14,957 bases of DNA, from contig JAWCFL010000016.1 of NCBI GenBank assembly GCA_038858525.1, forward strand, positions 1-14,957. Reading direction: 5' to 3'. The notes beneath the pieces were generated by a model. That model had not been told where the DNA came from and ran no database searches. It saw only the letters and a program-made list of their open reading frames with translations. The stretch comes from Candidatus Jordarchaeales archaeon. Its GTDB lineage: Archaea > Asgardarchaeota > Jordiarchaeia > Jordiarchaeales > Freyrarchaeaceae. Below, piece after piece: positions 1 to 7,825 of this stretch; positions within the stretch are counted from its first letter, which is position 1, and the number at the start of each line of letters is the position of its first letter. A program made the translations under genes and the position numbers.

Positions 1-247
1 CCTCTCTAAATCCTCCTTCTGTTTCTGGTCATGGGGGGAACTCTGGTATAAATCACGGCTTTTTGGGCGTGTCTGTTTTAGCGATGCCCATCAAACGCTC
101 AACTTCACTTTCAGGTATCCTCCTCCTACCACCAACAGTCCTAACAACTCTGATCTTCCCCTGTTTATCCCATTTTCTAGGCGTATTTGGATGAATGCCT
201 GATCTCTCGCAGGCTTCGCTGAGCGTCAACAACCTCTCAATCATCAT
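1..247 (-). pseudogene. tnpA: IS607-family serine transposase TnpA, frameshifted, runs off the left edge
   Basis: ORF 53..247 is a MerR-like winged HTH typical of the IS607 TnpA N-terminus (LLTLSEACERSGIHPNTPRKWDKQGKIRVVRTVGGRRRIPESEV). Manual reading of minus strand 64..1 recovers the serine-recombinase catalytic start in two shifted frames: AVIYTRV (gcc gtg att tat acc aga gtt), then HDQKQKEDLER (cat gac cag aaa cag aag gag gat tta gag agg). Each break needs one extra base in a homopolymer (A5 at 60-64, C6 at 33-38 on minus). Confidence 0.85.
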
Positions 248-250
248 ACA

Positions 251-280
251 AAAATGTTAAGAAGTGTTATATAAAGTTAT
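251..280 (-). repeat. Three imperfect 10-bp tandem units sharing TAAC (ATAACTTTAT / ATAACACTTC / TTAACATTTT); also contains a TTTATATA TATA-like box
   Basis: Read directly: plus-strand 251-260, 261-270 and 271-280 each have GTTA at the same register. IS607 ends are known to carry short direct repeats bound by TnpA. Confidence 0.55.
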
Positions 281-1138
281 CTATTCAGGAACTGCTGCAA
301 ACCCATACCTGTTCTGAAGGTTTTTTGCCGCGGCCGCCATTACAACGGCTCCAGCATACTCGTTAGGTGGCGCCGCCCTTGAAGTATCTATTACGGGCTT
401 CGGCAGGTTCAAGTATAATGCTCCATAAGACTTTCCTGAGCCGAGATGTATAAGCGTCCTATAAATCAAATTTCCCGATATTCCATCTGGTGCTACTATT
501 ACGTTTCTTTTATCCGTTACAGCGTCCTCTATCAGTATCTGGTAGTGTTCAGCGTCATAGCCGCCATCTTTGAGGCGAGCAACAACTTCTCCGGCGTCCC
601 TTATAGTCCCGTTGACTTTCGGGCTTCTGCCTAGATCGCTCAGGCGGCCACCGGAGATGATCGCTATTCTAGGGACCAGATTGATCTTTTTAAGGAAGTC
701 TGCCGCCCCCATGGCGAGTGAAACTTTTTCTTCAACGCCTTCTCCTTCATCTATGCCTACGGGGGCGAACATGAACTGGTGTCCGGTTGCGTCCTCCAGA
801 AGGGCAACCCTCAACACCTTCGCGACGTTAAATGCATCCTTCACATGCTTCAGGAAGGTTGAGGAACCAAGCCCCCCTCGAACCACTCCGTCTACGTCCC
901 CCGACACAAGGAGCTCCAACAGTTTCCTTTCAGGTTCCTCGGAGGGAGAAAAAGGCGCGCCTTTTATTTTTCCTTCAAGCTCCGGCCTTCCGACGAGGAC
1001 TACTTCAGCTTTGCCCAACACTTGCTTGACTCCGGAGACCACTCTACTGGCATTATTGAGGTCTCCTACACCTACACCCACCTTCACCCGTCTCTTAGAC
1101 GCTACCTGAAGAAGTGAAGGGTATATCAAAGGAATCAC
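281..1138 (-). CDS. mtxX: MtxX / methanogenesis marker protein 4-like protein (phosphotransacylase-like fold)
   Basis: 285 aa with family-typical segments VVRGGL, RVALLEDATGHQFMFAPVGIDEG, SGGRLSDLGRS, APDGISGNLIYRTL and IDTSRA. GTGA overlap with the M42 stop. Alternative start is TTG at 1129 behind GGTGA. Confidence 0.8.
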   Translation of the reverse strand: MIPLIYPSLLQVASKRRVKVGVGVGDLNNASRVVSGVKQVLGKAEVVLVGRPELEGKIKGAPFSPSEEPERKLLELLVSGDVDGVVRGGLGSSTFLKHVKDAFNVAKVLRVALLEDATGHQFMFAPVGIDEGEGVEEKVSLAMGAADFLKKINLVPRIAIISGGRLSDLGRSPKVNGTIRDAGEVVARLKDGGYDAEHYQILIEDAVTDKRNVIVAPDGISGNLIYRTLIHLGSGKSYGALYLNLPKPVIDTSRAAPPNEYAGAVVMAAAAKNLQNRYGFAAVPE

Positions 1139-2211
1139 CTTCGCGGCGCCAGTTTTTCATGTGCTCTTTCGAGCGTTAGTTTCAGGAGCTTCACGGCATT
1201 TTCGACGTCTTTAAGGTTTAGCACTTCTACTGGTGTGTGTATGTAGCGTGTCGGAACTGAGAGGACTGCTGCGGGAACGCCTTCCCTTGCCAGAGCGATT
1301 TCCGTTGCGTCCGTTGTGCCTCCCTCGAACACGTCCAGCTGGTAGGGTATCCCGTTTCTCTCCGCCGTCTCTATGAGGAGGCTTCTGGGGAGCGGGTGGG
1401 ATATGAGCCCTCCGCCGAGACTTTCGCGTCTACCATCAGCTATGGTGATCGCCGGTCCCTTTCCCAGCTTGACTGGTGCTTTCCTTTCATCGATTCCCGG
1501 GTAGTCTCCTGCTGCTGCGACGTCTACCGCGATACCCATGTCCGGGTCTACGGCGAACGTTGAGGTACGTGCCCCCCTGAGTCCAACTTCCTCCATTACT
1601 GACGCCACGCCGTAGACCGTGACCTCTGGATCAACGCTTTTCATGACCTCTGCGAGCACGAGGCAGCCCACCCTGTCGTCGAAAGCCTTTCCGCAGACGA
1701 AGCCGTTCTTAAGCTCCACAAGGTCACCGACCCAAGTTATCGGGCACCCCGTCCTGACACCCCATGACTCCGCCTCCTCTCTGCTTGTGGCACCTATGTC
1801 AATGAACATGTCCTCTCTTTCAACAGGCTTCTTGCGCTTTTCCTCCGGAAGCAGGTGGGGTGGCGTTGACCCTATAACTCCAGGTATGGTTTCCTTTTCC
1901 GTGTGAACGAGAACCCGCTGACTCAGAACTGTCTGGTCTAGGAACCCTCCAAGATAAGAGAACCTTATGAATCCCTCCTTCTCTATGTATTTGACTAGCA
2001 TGCCTATCTCGTCCATGTGTGCCGCCACCATGACCCTTCCGCTTCCTTTACCACCCTTCTTAACGCAGATCAAGTTGCCCAGCCTATCCTCTCTTACCTC
2101 GTCCACGTAATCCTTGAGTTCTTCCCTCATTAACCTCCTCACGTCCTCCTCATATCCTGATGGGGCACAAGCCTCAACAAGCCTCTTTAAGAGCTCCTTC
2201 ACCAAAATCAC
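1135..2211 (-). CDS. M42 family metallo-aminopeptidase (TET-like)
   Basis: Motifs APSGYE, AAHMDEIG, KAFDDRVG, EEVGLRGA, VDV, GGTTDA and RYIHTP. The true start is probably GTG at 2202, 5 nt after GAGGTGA. Confidence 0.93.
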   Translation of the reverse strand: MILVKELLKRLVEACAPSGYEEDVRRLMREELKDYVDEVREDRLGNLICVKKGGKGSGRVMVAAHMDEIGMLVKYIEKEGFIRFSYLGGFLDQTVLSQRVLVHTEKETIPGVIGSTPPHLLPEEKRKKPVEREDMFIDIGATSREEAESWGVRTGCPITWVGDLVELKNGFVCGKAFDDRVGCLVLAEVMKSVDPEVTVYGVASVMEEVGLRGARTSTFAVDPDMGIAVDVAAAGDYPGIDERKAPVKLGKGPAITIADGRRESLGGGLISHPLPRSLLIETAERNGIPYQLDVFEGGTTDATEIALAREGVPAAVLSVPTRYIHTPVEVLNLKDVENAVKLLKLTLERAHEKLAPRR

Positions 2212-2247
2212 CTCACGAGTTTACCACCAAACTGAGAAGGCCGCATC

Positions 2248-2266
2248 TTTTAAAGTGTTCTTCTTT
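2248..2266 (-). promoter_or_regulatory. Candidate archaeal promoter (TTTAAAA at 2254-2248 with purine-rich upstream segment) for the M42-mtxX pair
   Basis: Minus strand reads AAAGAAGAACAC-TTTAAAA, 40-45 nt upstream of the M42 start. Confidence 0.45.
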
Positions 2267-2279
2267 AGTAAGAAGCTTT

Positions 2280-2849
2280 CTAGTAACGAATGGTGGCGAA
2301 GGCGAGGTTTCCAAGGAAGAAAGAGATTAGAACGCTTAAAGTTATAAGCGGCATTAGGGGCGGAGAGAACTTCCTCCAGGAAAACCCATCAACTCCCTCC
2401 TTCCTTAACTCTCCCCTATTCCTGAAAAATCCTATTTTTGCTTTTTTTCTGATCCAGTAAGTGGCGGCTGCGGCTAGAGTTAGTGCTCCCAGCATAATGA
2501 ACAGGTTTGTTATTAGCGCTATGGGGAAAAAGTGAAGAGGGAGACGGCTGCGCCCCACAGGAGTAAGGAGGCAAGCCACGATGATCGCCTTGCAGTCAGC
2601 TCCCCCCAGAACTCTCATCCCGTGTAGTAGGTACGCGAGGAGCAGGGCTGAAGCCAAGCTTACAGTAACCTCCTCGACTTGGAATACTCCTTGCTCCACC
2701 ATTATGGGTGTTGTGGCAACTCCCACTAGGACAGGTGGAATCCATACTTTGTTAGGCACCCTCCTCGTTTTTACGTCGAAGTATGACGCACATGAAAGAG
2801 TTAAGAGGGCTATGGCAAGGGGGACGAGCTGAAAGGAAGAAACGTTCAA
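2280..2849 (-). CDS. A24 family prepilin/preflagellin peptidase (PibD/FlaK-like)
   Basis: Multi-TM 189 aa. First catalytic Asp in YFDVKTRRVPN, second in GGADCK, and a C-terminal W..FSPPLMPLIT motif. TTG start with GAGAGGGG RBS, 17 bp after the gltX stop. Confidence 0.85.
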   Translation of the reverse strand: MNVSSFQLVPLAIALLTLSCASYFDVKTRRVPNKVWIPPVLVGVATTPIMVEQGVFQVEEVTVSLASALLLAYLLHGMRVLGGADCKAIIVACLLTPVGRSRLPLHFFPIALITNLFIMLGALTLAAAATYWIRKKAKIGFFRNRGELRKEGVDGFSWRKFSPPLMPLITLSVLISFFLGNLAFATIRY

Positions 2850-2866
2850 CGAGAACGGCCCCTCTC

Positions 2867-4603
2867 TCAGTTGTGGGTGAAGAACAGGATTACTTCGGGC
2901 TCCACGGAGTCCACTCTGCAGAACCCGTACCTCTCAAACTGGACAAGCTTGTTCCTGGTGAGTTTACGGCAGTCCGGCTCGCTAAGCCCCTCGACGATCT
3001 CCCCATCCGGCTTGACAACTTTAACTTTCAAGCACCCCTCGGAGGGAACCCAATGTATTATTGGGGCTCTGCACGCCCTGGCATCACTCACGCTCAAGCT
3101 GTGGAACACCCCAACTACGCCCTTCTCACGTTTCTCCTCGACCTTAAAGTTTAACAGGTCTTTGAGCCTGAAGACGTCTCCCTCACTCATTTTCGCCACA
3201 TCTCTCTCATCCACATAGACCTCAGCACATCCATCTTTGACGTCGACCTCAACGGTTCTTGTACCCCTCTCCGGAAAGTCTGGATGAAGTGGCGGGTGCG
3301 CCACAAGCTTCCCAACGGGCACCTCCTCAACCAGCAGCTTAACGGGCTTCTCCACGAAGAAGTACCTATCAGCCTCAGGGTCAATCATCCTCCTATTGAC
3401 GGCATAGAGGCTCTCAGGACTGTACTCCACGTCGATCAAGCTCAACCCCAAGCTCAGTATAGATGCCCTTAATGCCTCTGGCTTTATCCCCCTCCTCTGG
3501 AGGGACTGCAGGCTCCATGTTCGCGGGTCACTCCACCCCATATAAACTCCTTTCTCTATGTTTTTACGTGCCTCCGTCTTGCTGAGCTTCAACCCCTTAA
3601 ATGTGATTATGCCGTAATGTATGAACTCAACTTCGGGCCACCCATAAATCTTCCACACGAACCTTTCAATGGCATCCTCCTTAACCAGGTCTTTACCTCT
3701 CAATATGTGGGTTATGCCAAGCAGGTGGTCGTCTATCGCCCACGAAAACTCAAGCAACGGCCAGACACGATACTTGGAGCCCACACGGGGGTGTTCCCTC
3801 TCAGAGATCCTCATTATGACATGGTCTCTCAGGGCAGGGTCAGCTTGATCCATGCCTGTCTTAAGCCTCACAACTGCATCCCCTTCCCCGTAAACCCCCT
3901 CCAGCATTCCCTCCCACCTTTCAAGGTTCTCCTCGACTGAGGAGTCCCTATGGGGGCAAGCTTTCATCTTCTCCTTGAAGTTCCTCCTCCACTCTTCTCG
4001 CTCACACGTACAAACATAAGCGTAACCCTTCCCGATCAAGTCCTCACAATACTCGTAAAAAATTGGAACTCTATCCGACTTGTAAAACTCCCCATGCCAC
4101 CTTACTCCAAGCCAATGTAACCCCTCAATTATGAGGTCGTATGCTTCAGGCACCACGTGCTTCTCTCCCCCACCTATCGTGTCGTCGAACACTAGAAGCA
4201 GCTCGCCCCCGTACCGCTTAACGTACTCGTCATTCAAGATAGCCATCCTGGCGTTTCCTATATGGAGGGGGCCTGAAGGGTAAGGAGCGAGTCTCATGAC
4301 AACCTTATCGTAATTCTCAACGTTTGGAAGCGGAGGTAGTTCCTTCCTCTCCTCCCCCCTCCTTTCCTCCAGAGTTTCCGGAGAAAGTTCCTCCAGCATC
4401 CTCCTCTGAGCATCTAGAGACATGGCGTTGACTTCCTCAACGACTCTAGTCACAGCTTCGAGGACCTCTTTCGCCCTCTGCCTTAACTCCGGGACTTCAG
4501 AGAGAATCTTTCCCATGACTGCCTTAGCGTTAGCCTTCCCACCGTACTTAACCGCGTTGGCGAGGACGTGTTTTAGAAGCTTCCTTCTCAACTCGTCCTC
4601 CAA
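2867..4603 (-). CDS. gltX: Glutamyl-tRNA synthetase, archaeal type
   Basis: 578 aa. Archaeal N-terminal domain (LANAVKYGGKA), MRLAPYPSGPLHIGNAR (HIGH-like), DDT, CxC...CxH Zn motif, ITHILRGKD, LSKT (KMSKS-like), GWSDPR, and C-terminal QFERYGFCRVD. Confidence 0.97.
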   Translation of the reverse strand: MEDELRRKLLKHVLANAVKYGGKANAKAVMGKILSEVPELRQRAKEVLEAVTRVVEEVNAMSLDAQRRMLEELSPETLEERRGEERKELPPLPNVENYDKVVMRLAPYPSGPLHIGNARMAILNDEYVKRYGGELLLVFDDTIGGGEKHVVPEAYDLIIEGLHWLGVRWHGEFYKSDRVPIFYEYCEDLIGKGYAYVCTCEREEWRRNFKEKMKACPHRDSSVEENLERWEGMLEGVYGEGDAVVRLKTGMDQADPALRDHVIMRISEREHPRVGSKYRVWPLLEFSWAIDDHLLGITHILRGKDLVKEDAIERFVWKIYGWPEVEFIHYGIITFKGLKLSKTEARKNIEKGVYMGWSDPRTWSLQSLQRRGIKPEALRASILSLGLSLIDVEYSPESLYAVNRRMIDPEADRYFFVEKPVKLLVEEVPVGKLVAHPPLHPDFPERGTRTVEVDVKDGCAEVYVDERDVAKMSEGDVFRLKDLLNFKVEEKREKGVVGVFHSLSVSDARACRAPIIHWVPSEGCLKVKVVKPDGEIVEGLSEPDCRKLTRNKLVQFERYGFCRVDSVEPEVILFFTHN

Positions 4604-4627
4604 GAACGAACCCCCAAAACTTAACTA

Positions 4628-4640
4628 CTTGAACTTCAAG
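4628..4640. promoter_or_regulatory. Palindrome CTTGAA-C-TTCAAG in the divergent gltX/HAD intergenic region; candidate operator
   Basis: Perfect 6-bp inverted repeat lying between a TTTTAT TATA-like box (minus, about 4647-4642) and the gltX start. Confidence 0.35.
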
Positions 4641-4699
4641 AATAAAACTAAAAGACACCTTAAAAATCCCTTCCTTCAAGGGAAGGCGGAGGGCGCGCG

Positions 4700-5347
4700 A
4701 TGAAAGTGAAAGCAGTGATATTCGACCTTGACGGTACGCTCATAAACACGAAGGAAAGGTTCTTCAAAGTATTCAACGAAACACTGGAACACCTGTCTCT
4801 CCCCCCGATCACCAAGGGAAAATTTGAGGAGCTTTACTCTAGGGCGTCACTTGACGAGGCAATACCGGAAAATGCGAGAAAAAATTTCTGGAAGAGGTTC
4901 CTGGTGAGATACGGCCAAGTCAGCTCAGACGAAGATGGCCCTATACTTGGAGTCAGGGAAACCCTAAAAGAGCTCAAGGACAGAGGGCTCATAATATGCG
5001 TGGTTACTGGTAGAGCATGCAACGCTCACAGCGTTTGGAACGAGCTCGAAAAGCACGGCTTAGCGGAATACGTTGACATCGTGTCGGCGAAAAACCCAAG
5101 TGTAAAAGACCACTACCTAAAGGAAGAAGAGATTCTTAGAGTACTGGAAAAGACAGGTGTGAAGCCCGACGATTGCATCGTTGTTGGAGACTTCCTGGCC
5201 GACATAGAGACAGGAAAAAAGATAGGCGCATTCACCATAGCTGTCTTAAGCGGCGGGGTCAGAAGAGAAATACTGGAGTCAGCTGAACCAGACATGATAC
5301 TGGAAAGCGTCCGGGAAATACCAAGGATAATAGACATGCATAAGTAA
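4700..5347 (+). CDS. HAD-superfamily hydrolase (phosphoglycolate phosphatase-like, C1 cap)
   Basis: Motif I FDLDGTL, motif II VVTG, motif III Lys region and motif IV VGDFLADIETG. RBS GGAGGG at 4687-4692. Confidence 0.92.
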   Translation: MKVKAVIFDLDGTLINTKERFFKVFNETLEHLSLPPITKGKFEELYSRASLDEAIPENARKNFWKRFLVRYGQVSSDEDGPILGVRETLKELKDRGLIICVVTGRACNAHSVWNELEKHGLAEYVDIVSAKNPSVKDHYLKEEEILRVLEKTGVKPDDCIVVGDFLADIETGKKIGAFTIAVLSGGVRREILESAEPDMILESVREIPRIIDMHK

Positions 5348-5381
5348 ACTATGCGGACCTTTATTTTGTATCCCGTTAACT

Positions 5382-6191
5382 TTAATGCGCCTCTTCCAGT
5401 CTCCGCTTGCTTCTGACGAGTCCATCTAGAGAGTGGACTTCCAGCACCATCGGGACTCCCTGCGACTTCATGTGAGGTATGAGCGCGTCGAAGTCTATTT
5501 TTCCCTTCCCGATCTCTAAGTGCTGGTCGTCTGTTCCGTCGTTGTCGTGGACGTGAAAGGCGATCAGCTTCTCACTTATGGAGGAAATAAAGTCGATGTG
5601 CTTCTCGGCGGTTAGCCCCCACGTGTTAGCGTGTCCCACATCATACACTACGCCGACACCTTCATCCATTCCATCCATGAACAAGGCGAACTCCTGAGGA
5701 GTAACCAAAATGTTTCTTTTCTTCGCCTTTTCCTTGTTCTCCAAACCCAAGACGACGCCTAACTCTGAAGCGTAATCAGCCAGTCTAGCGACACACCTTT
5801 TAGACCTTTCCCACGCTCTACTGAAAAGCTTAGAGGGATAATCACTCGAAAAACCACCACAGTGGAGCGTCAAGTAAAGCGCATTAAGCCTGCTTGCCAA
5901 CTCAACACTTCTCTTAACCGCCTTCATGGAAGACCTATAAGCGTAATCGTTAAGGCTGGCAAGGTTTACATCTATGTAGGGTGCGTGAAGAGACAGCTTC
6001 AAAGACATGGATTCAACTAACTCCTCGAGTTCTCTTAGATTTTCCTCTGAAACCTTGGCCGGGTTGAAGAGCGGCTCTTCACACTTAACCTCAACCACTA
6101 TAAACCTATTTTCAGCGAAAAAAGCCAGAATCTCCTCTAGACTTCTCTCAAAGCCGACAAAAGTTGCTCCACCAATAATACTCCTAGTCAA
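5382..6191 (-). CDS. Sugar phosphate isomerase/epimerase / AP endonuclease 2-like TIM-barrel metalloprotein
   Basis: LHAPY, TLHCG, LEN, DVGHA, HVHDNDG..DQHL..G.G.IDF and VLEV metal-ligand pattern. TTG start. Confidence 0.85.
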   Translation of the reverse strand: MTRSIIGGATFVGFERSLEEILAFFAENRFIVVEVKCEEPLFNPAKVSEENLRELEELVESMSLKLSLHAPYIDVNLASLNDYAYRSSMKAVKRSVELASRLNALYLTLHCGGFSSDYPSKLFSRAWERSKRCVARLADYASELGVVLGLENKEKAKKRNILVTPQEFALFMDGMDEGVGVVYDVGHANTWGLTAEKHIDFISSISEKLIAFHVHDNDGTDDQHLEIGKGKIDFDALIPHMKSQGVPMVLEVHSLDGLVRSKRRLEEAH

Positions 6192-6405
6192 TGCTCAACA
6201 CCACCCAAGGTAACTAATGACACGTCAAGACAGTCATTCCTCCTAAAAGTTTTCCGTATTTTTCAATAACCGTTAAAAACCAACTTCGGCACGCCGTAAA
6301 ACGGAGGAATATCTCCAGAAAATGTATTTAAATTATGAAAGACTTCTCAGCGAAACATTCATATTCTTCGCCTATTTTAGAGTTAGTTAAGTAATTTTTT
6401 AGAGG

Positions 6406-6795
6406 GTGAAAGTTTTGTCTAAGAAATGGCGTGAAGAACTAGAAAAAATTCTTAAGGAAATGGAGGCCGCTGATCCCGACATTGAAGCATCAGCTATAGT
6501 TAGGACTGATGGTCTCGTCATGGCTTCAGCGCTCCCAAAAAGTGCTGATGAGGGTTTGATTGCCGCTATGAGTGCTGCCATACTCAACATTGGTTCTAGG
6601 GCTCTGAGTGAGCTCGCGAAGGGTGAGCTCGAAAAAATAATAGTAAGCGGAGACAAGGGAGACATAACCATTATGGGAGTAGGGAAAGAAGCTGTCCTCT
6701 CAGCCATAACGAAGCCGGGAGCGAACATAGGGCTGTTACTAGTGGAGATGGCAAGGGCGAGAGAAAAAGTAGAATCGGTACTCAAGGCGATGTAG
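6406..6795 (+). CDS. Roadblock/LC7 domain protein (MglB-like)
   Basis: DIEASAIVRTDGLVMAS, IAAMSAAILNIG, GELEKIIVSGDKG and NIGLLLVEM match the roadblock pattern. The likely start is TTG at 6415, 5 nt after GGTGA. Confidence 0.92.
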   Translation: MKVLSKKWREELEKILKEMEAADPDIEASAIVRTDGLVMASALPKSADEGLIAAMSAAILNIGSRALSELAKGELEKIIVSGDKGDITIMGVGKEAVLSAITKPGANIGLLLVEMARAREKVESVLKAM

Positions 6796-6808
6796 CTTCT
6801 GGAAGCTA
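6793..6808. terminator. Perfect palindrome TAGCTTC-TG-GAAGCTA spanning both convergent stop codons; candidate bidirectional 3'-end element
   Basis: Read directly: the plus-strand TAG (6793-95) and minus-strand TAG (6808-06) form the outer base pairs. Function is inferred. Confidence 0.4.
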
Positions 6809-7777
6809 GGATGCCTCTCTGATTACTTCACGTATCATTCTCTGCGTCTCATGAGGGGGAGGAGTGGTATTTATCATGTAAGTTCTCGTTCGCCTGAAAA
6901 GCTCTAGGAAGAACCTGTTTCTAACCTTGTTTTTCCTTTCGTCCTTCTGGAGAAGATGAGGGTTCAGGTAGTCGTGCTTAACAATGTAGTCAAGTGCCTC
7001 CTCCGGTGTGAGTTCCCTGACCACTTGCGGGTCATTTCGGTCCCTTTTTAAGAGTATCATTACGTCTAACGTCGTCATCGGGAGAAACCTGTGTTCTCCC
7101 ATAAACCACCTTAAGTTCACCACAGCCCTGCCGTAGGCGTCAAGCTTCTCTTCCTCTATCAACTCCTTGATTTCAGGGAATATGTTCACTATGTCGTTCC
7201 TCACGTAGATCTCCTTCTCACTCGCATAGGCCACAGCGTCATCCCCATAGAACCTCACAAAGAACCAGTCGTCGCTCACCAGCCTGGCCCCATCAACCTT
7301 CATTAGGCCGAACGTATGCGTGGTTTTCCCCGTGCCGCTAGGCGCAACTATGCCTACTCCCTTACCCCACTTGCCCATGTTTAAAGCTGCTCCATGAACG
7401 CTGTAGACGGCGTGTACGTCCTCGAGGATATCCCCAACTATGCTCAGCGCGGTGCTTTTCAGCTTGCCGTAGTAGTCCACGTTGAACATGAAGCATGTCC
7501 TACCCTGAGGCTGGTAGAGTATCGTGTCCTTAGGGTATGCCGGGTCGAAGAAGTAGAATACTCTCCCATGGCTTCTGATGTCCTCGTCACTCACAAAGAA
7601 GTTCCGCTCAAAAATATCGATAACCTCCCTGACATCAGTAACGAGTTTAAGGACAGCCCCGTAAATTTTAGCCTTCCTCTTATACTTTAGCCTCTTAGCT
7701 CTCTCAAGCCGCTCCAAAATCTCATCTTCTTCATCAGGAGAGATAAGTTTAACTTGGTACTCCAAGTTCACCACCAA
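6806..7777 (-). CDS. HPr kinase/PEPCK-like P-loop protein of unknown substrate
   Basis: SVHGAAL, Walker A APSGTGKTT and the LVSDDW acidic pair are the HprK/PEPCK-class signature. The N-terminal domain is unassigned. All plausible starts are TTG or GTG. Confidence 0.75.
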   Translation of the reverse strand: MVVNLEYQVKLISPDEEDEILERLERAKRLKYKRKAKIYGAVLKLVTDVREVIDIFERNFFVSDEDIRSHGRVFYFFDPAYPKDTILYQPQGRTCFMFNVDYYGKLKSTALSIVGDILEDVHAVYSVHGAALNMGKWGKGVGIVAPSGTGKTTHTFGLMKVDGARLVSDDWFFVRFYGDDAVAYASEKEIYVRNDIVNIFPEIKELIEEEKLDAYGRAVVNLRWFMGEHRFLPMTTLDVMILLKRDRNDPQVVRELTPEEALDYIVKHDYLNPHLLQKDERKNKVRNRFFLELFRRTRTYMINTTPPPHETQRMIREVIREAS

Positions 7778-7825
7778 CCATTTAGAACACGTTTTCGAAC
7801 CTTCTCAGGTTTTTCATTAATGATT

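Larger units (their letters stand above)
1..280 (-). mobile_element. Left end and start of a degenerate IS607-family element
   Basis: tnpA remnant plus a 33-bp AT-rich segment with 10-bp-periodic imperfect repeats between the tnpA start and the mtxX stop. The exact boundary is not determined. Confidence 0.65.

Noticed and set aside
446-1109. Plus-strand ORFs 446..634, 570..1109 and 832..1029
   Set aside because: Antisense shadows of mtxX: S/P/T-rich and without motifs.
281-1138. Calling the organism a methanogen from mtxX
   Set aside because: A single marker of unknown function, with no mcr/mtr genes in the window.
1619-3940. Plus-strand ORFs opposite M42, the prepilin peptidase and gltX, and minus ORF 3187..3384
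   Set aside because: They overlap well-supported genes and show no recognisable domains or RBS support.
4250-4295. GluRS variants LAPYPSG and HIGN (and LSKT for KMSKS)
   Set aside because: Within the variation seen in class I synthetase motifs, with no grounds to infer altered function.
5382-6191. Naming the TIM-barrel gene nfo (endonuclease IV) or a specific epimerase
   Set aside because: Only fold-level metal ligands are recognisable, so the substrate cannot be assigned by eye.
6236-6310. 8-bp inverted repeat ATTCCTCC / GGAGGAAT about 60 nt apart
   Set aside because: The interior does not pair convincingly and it spans promoter-like sequences, so it is likely chance.
6399-6785. 128-aa minus ORF opposite roadblock
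   Set aside because: In-register antisense shadow with Ser/Ala/Phe bias.
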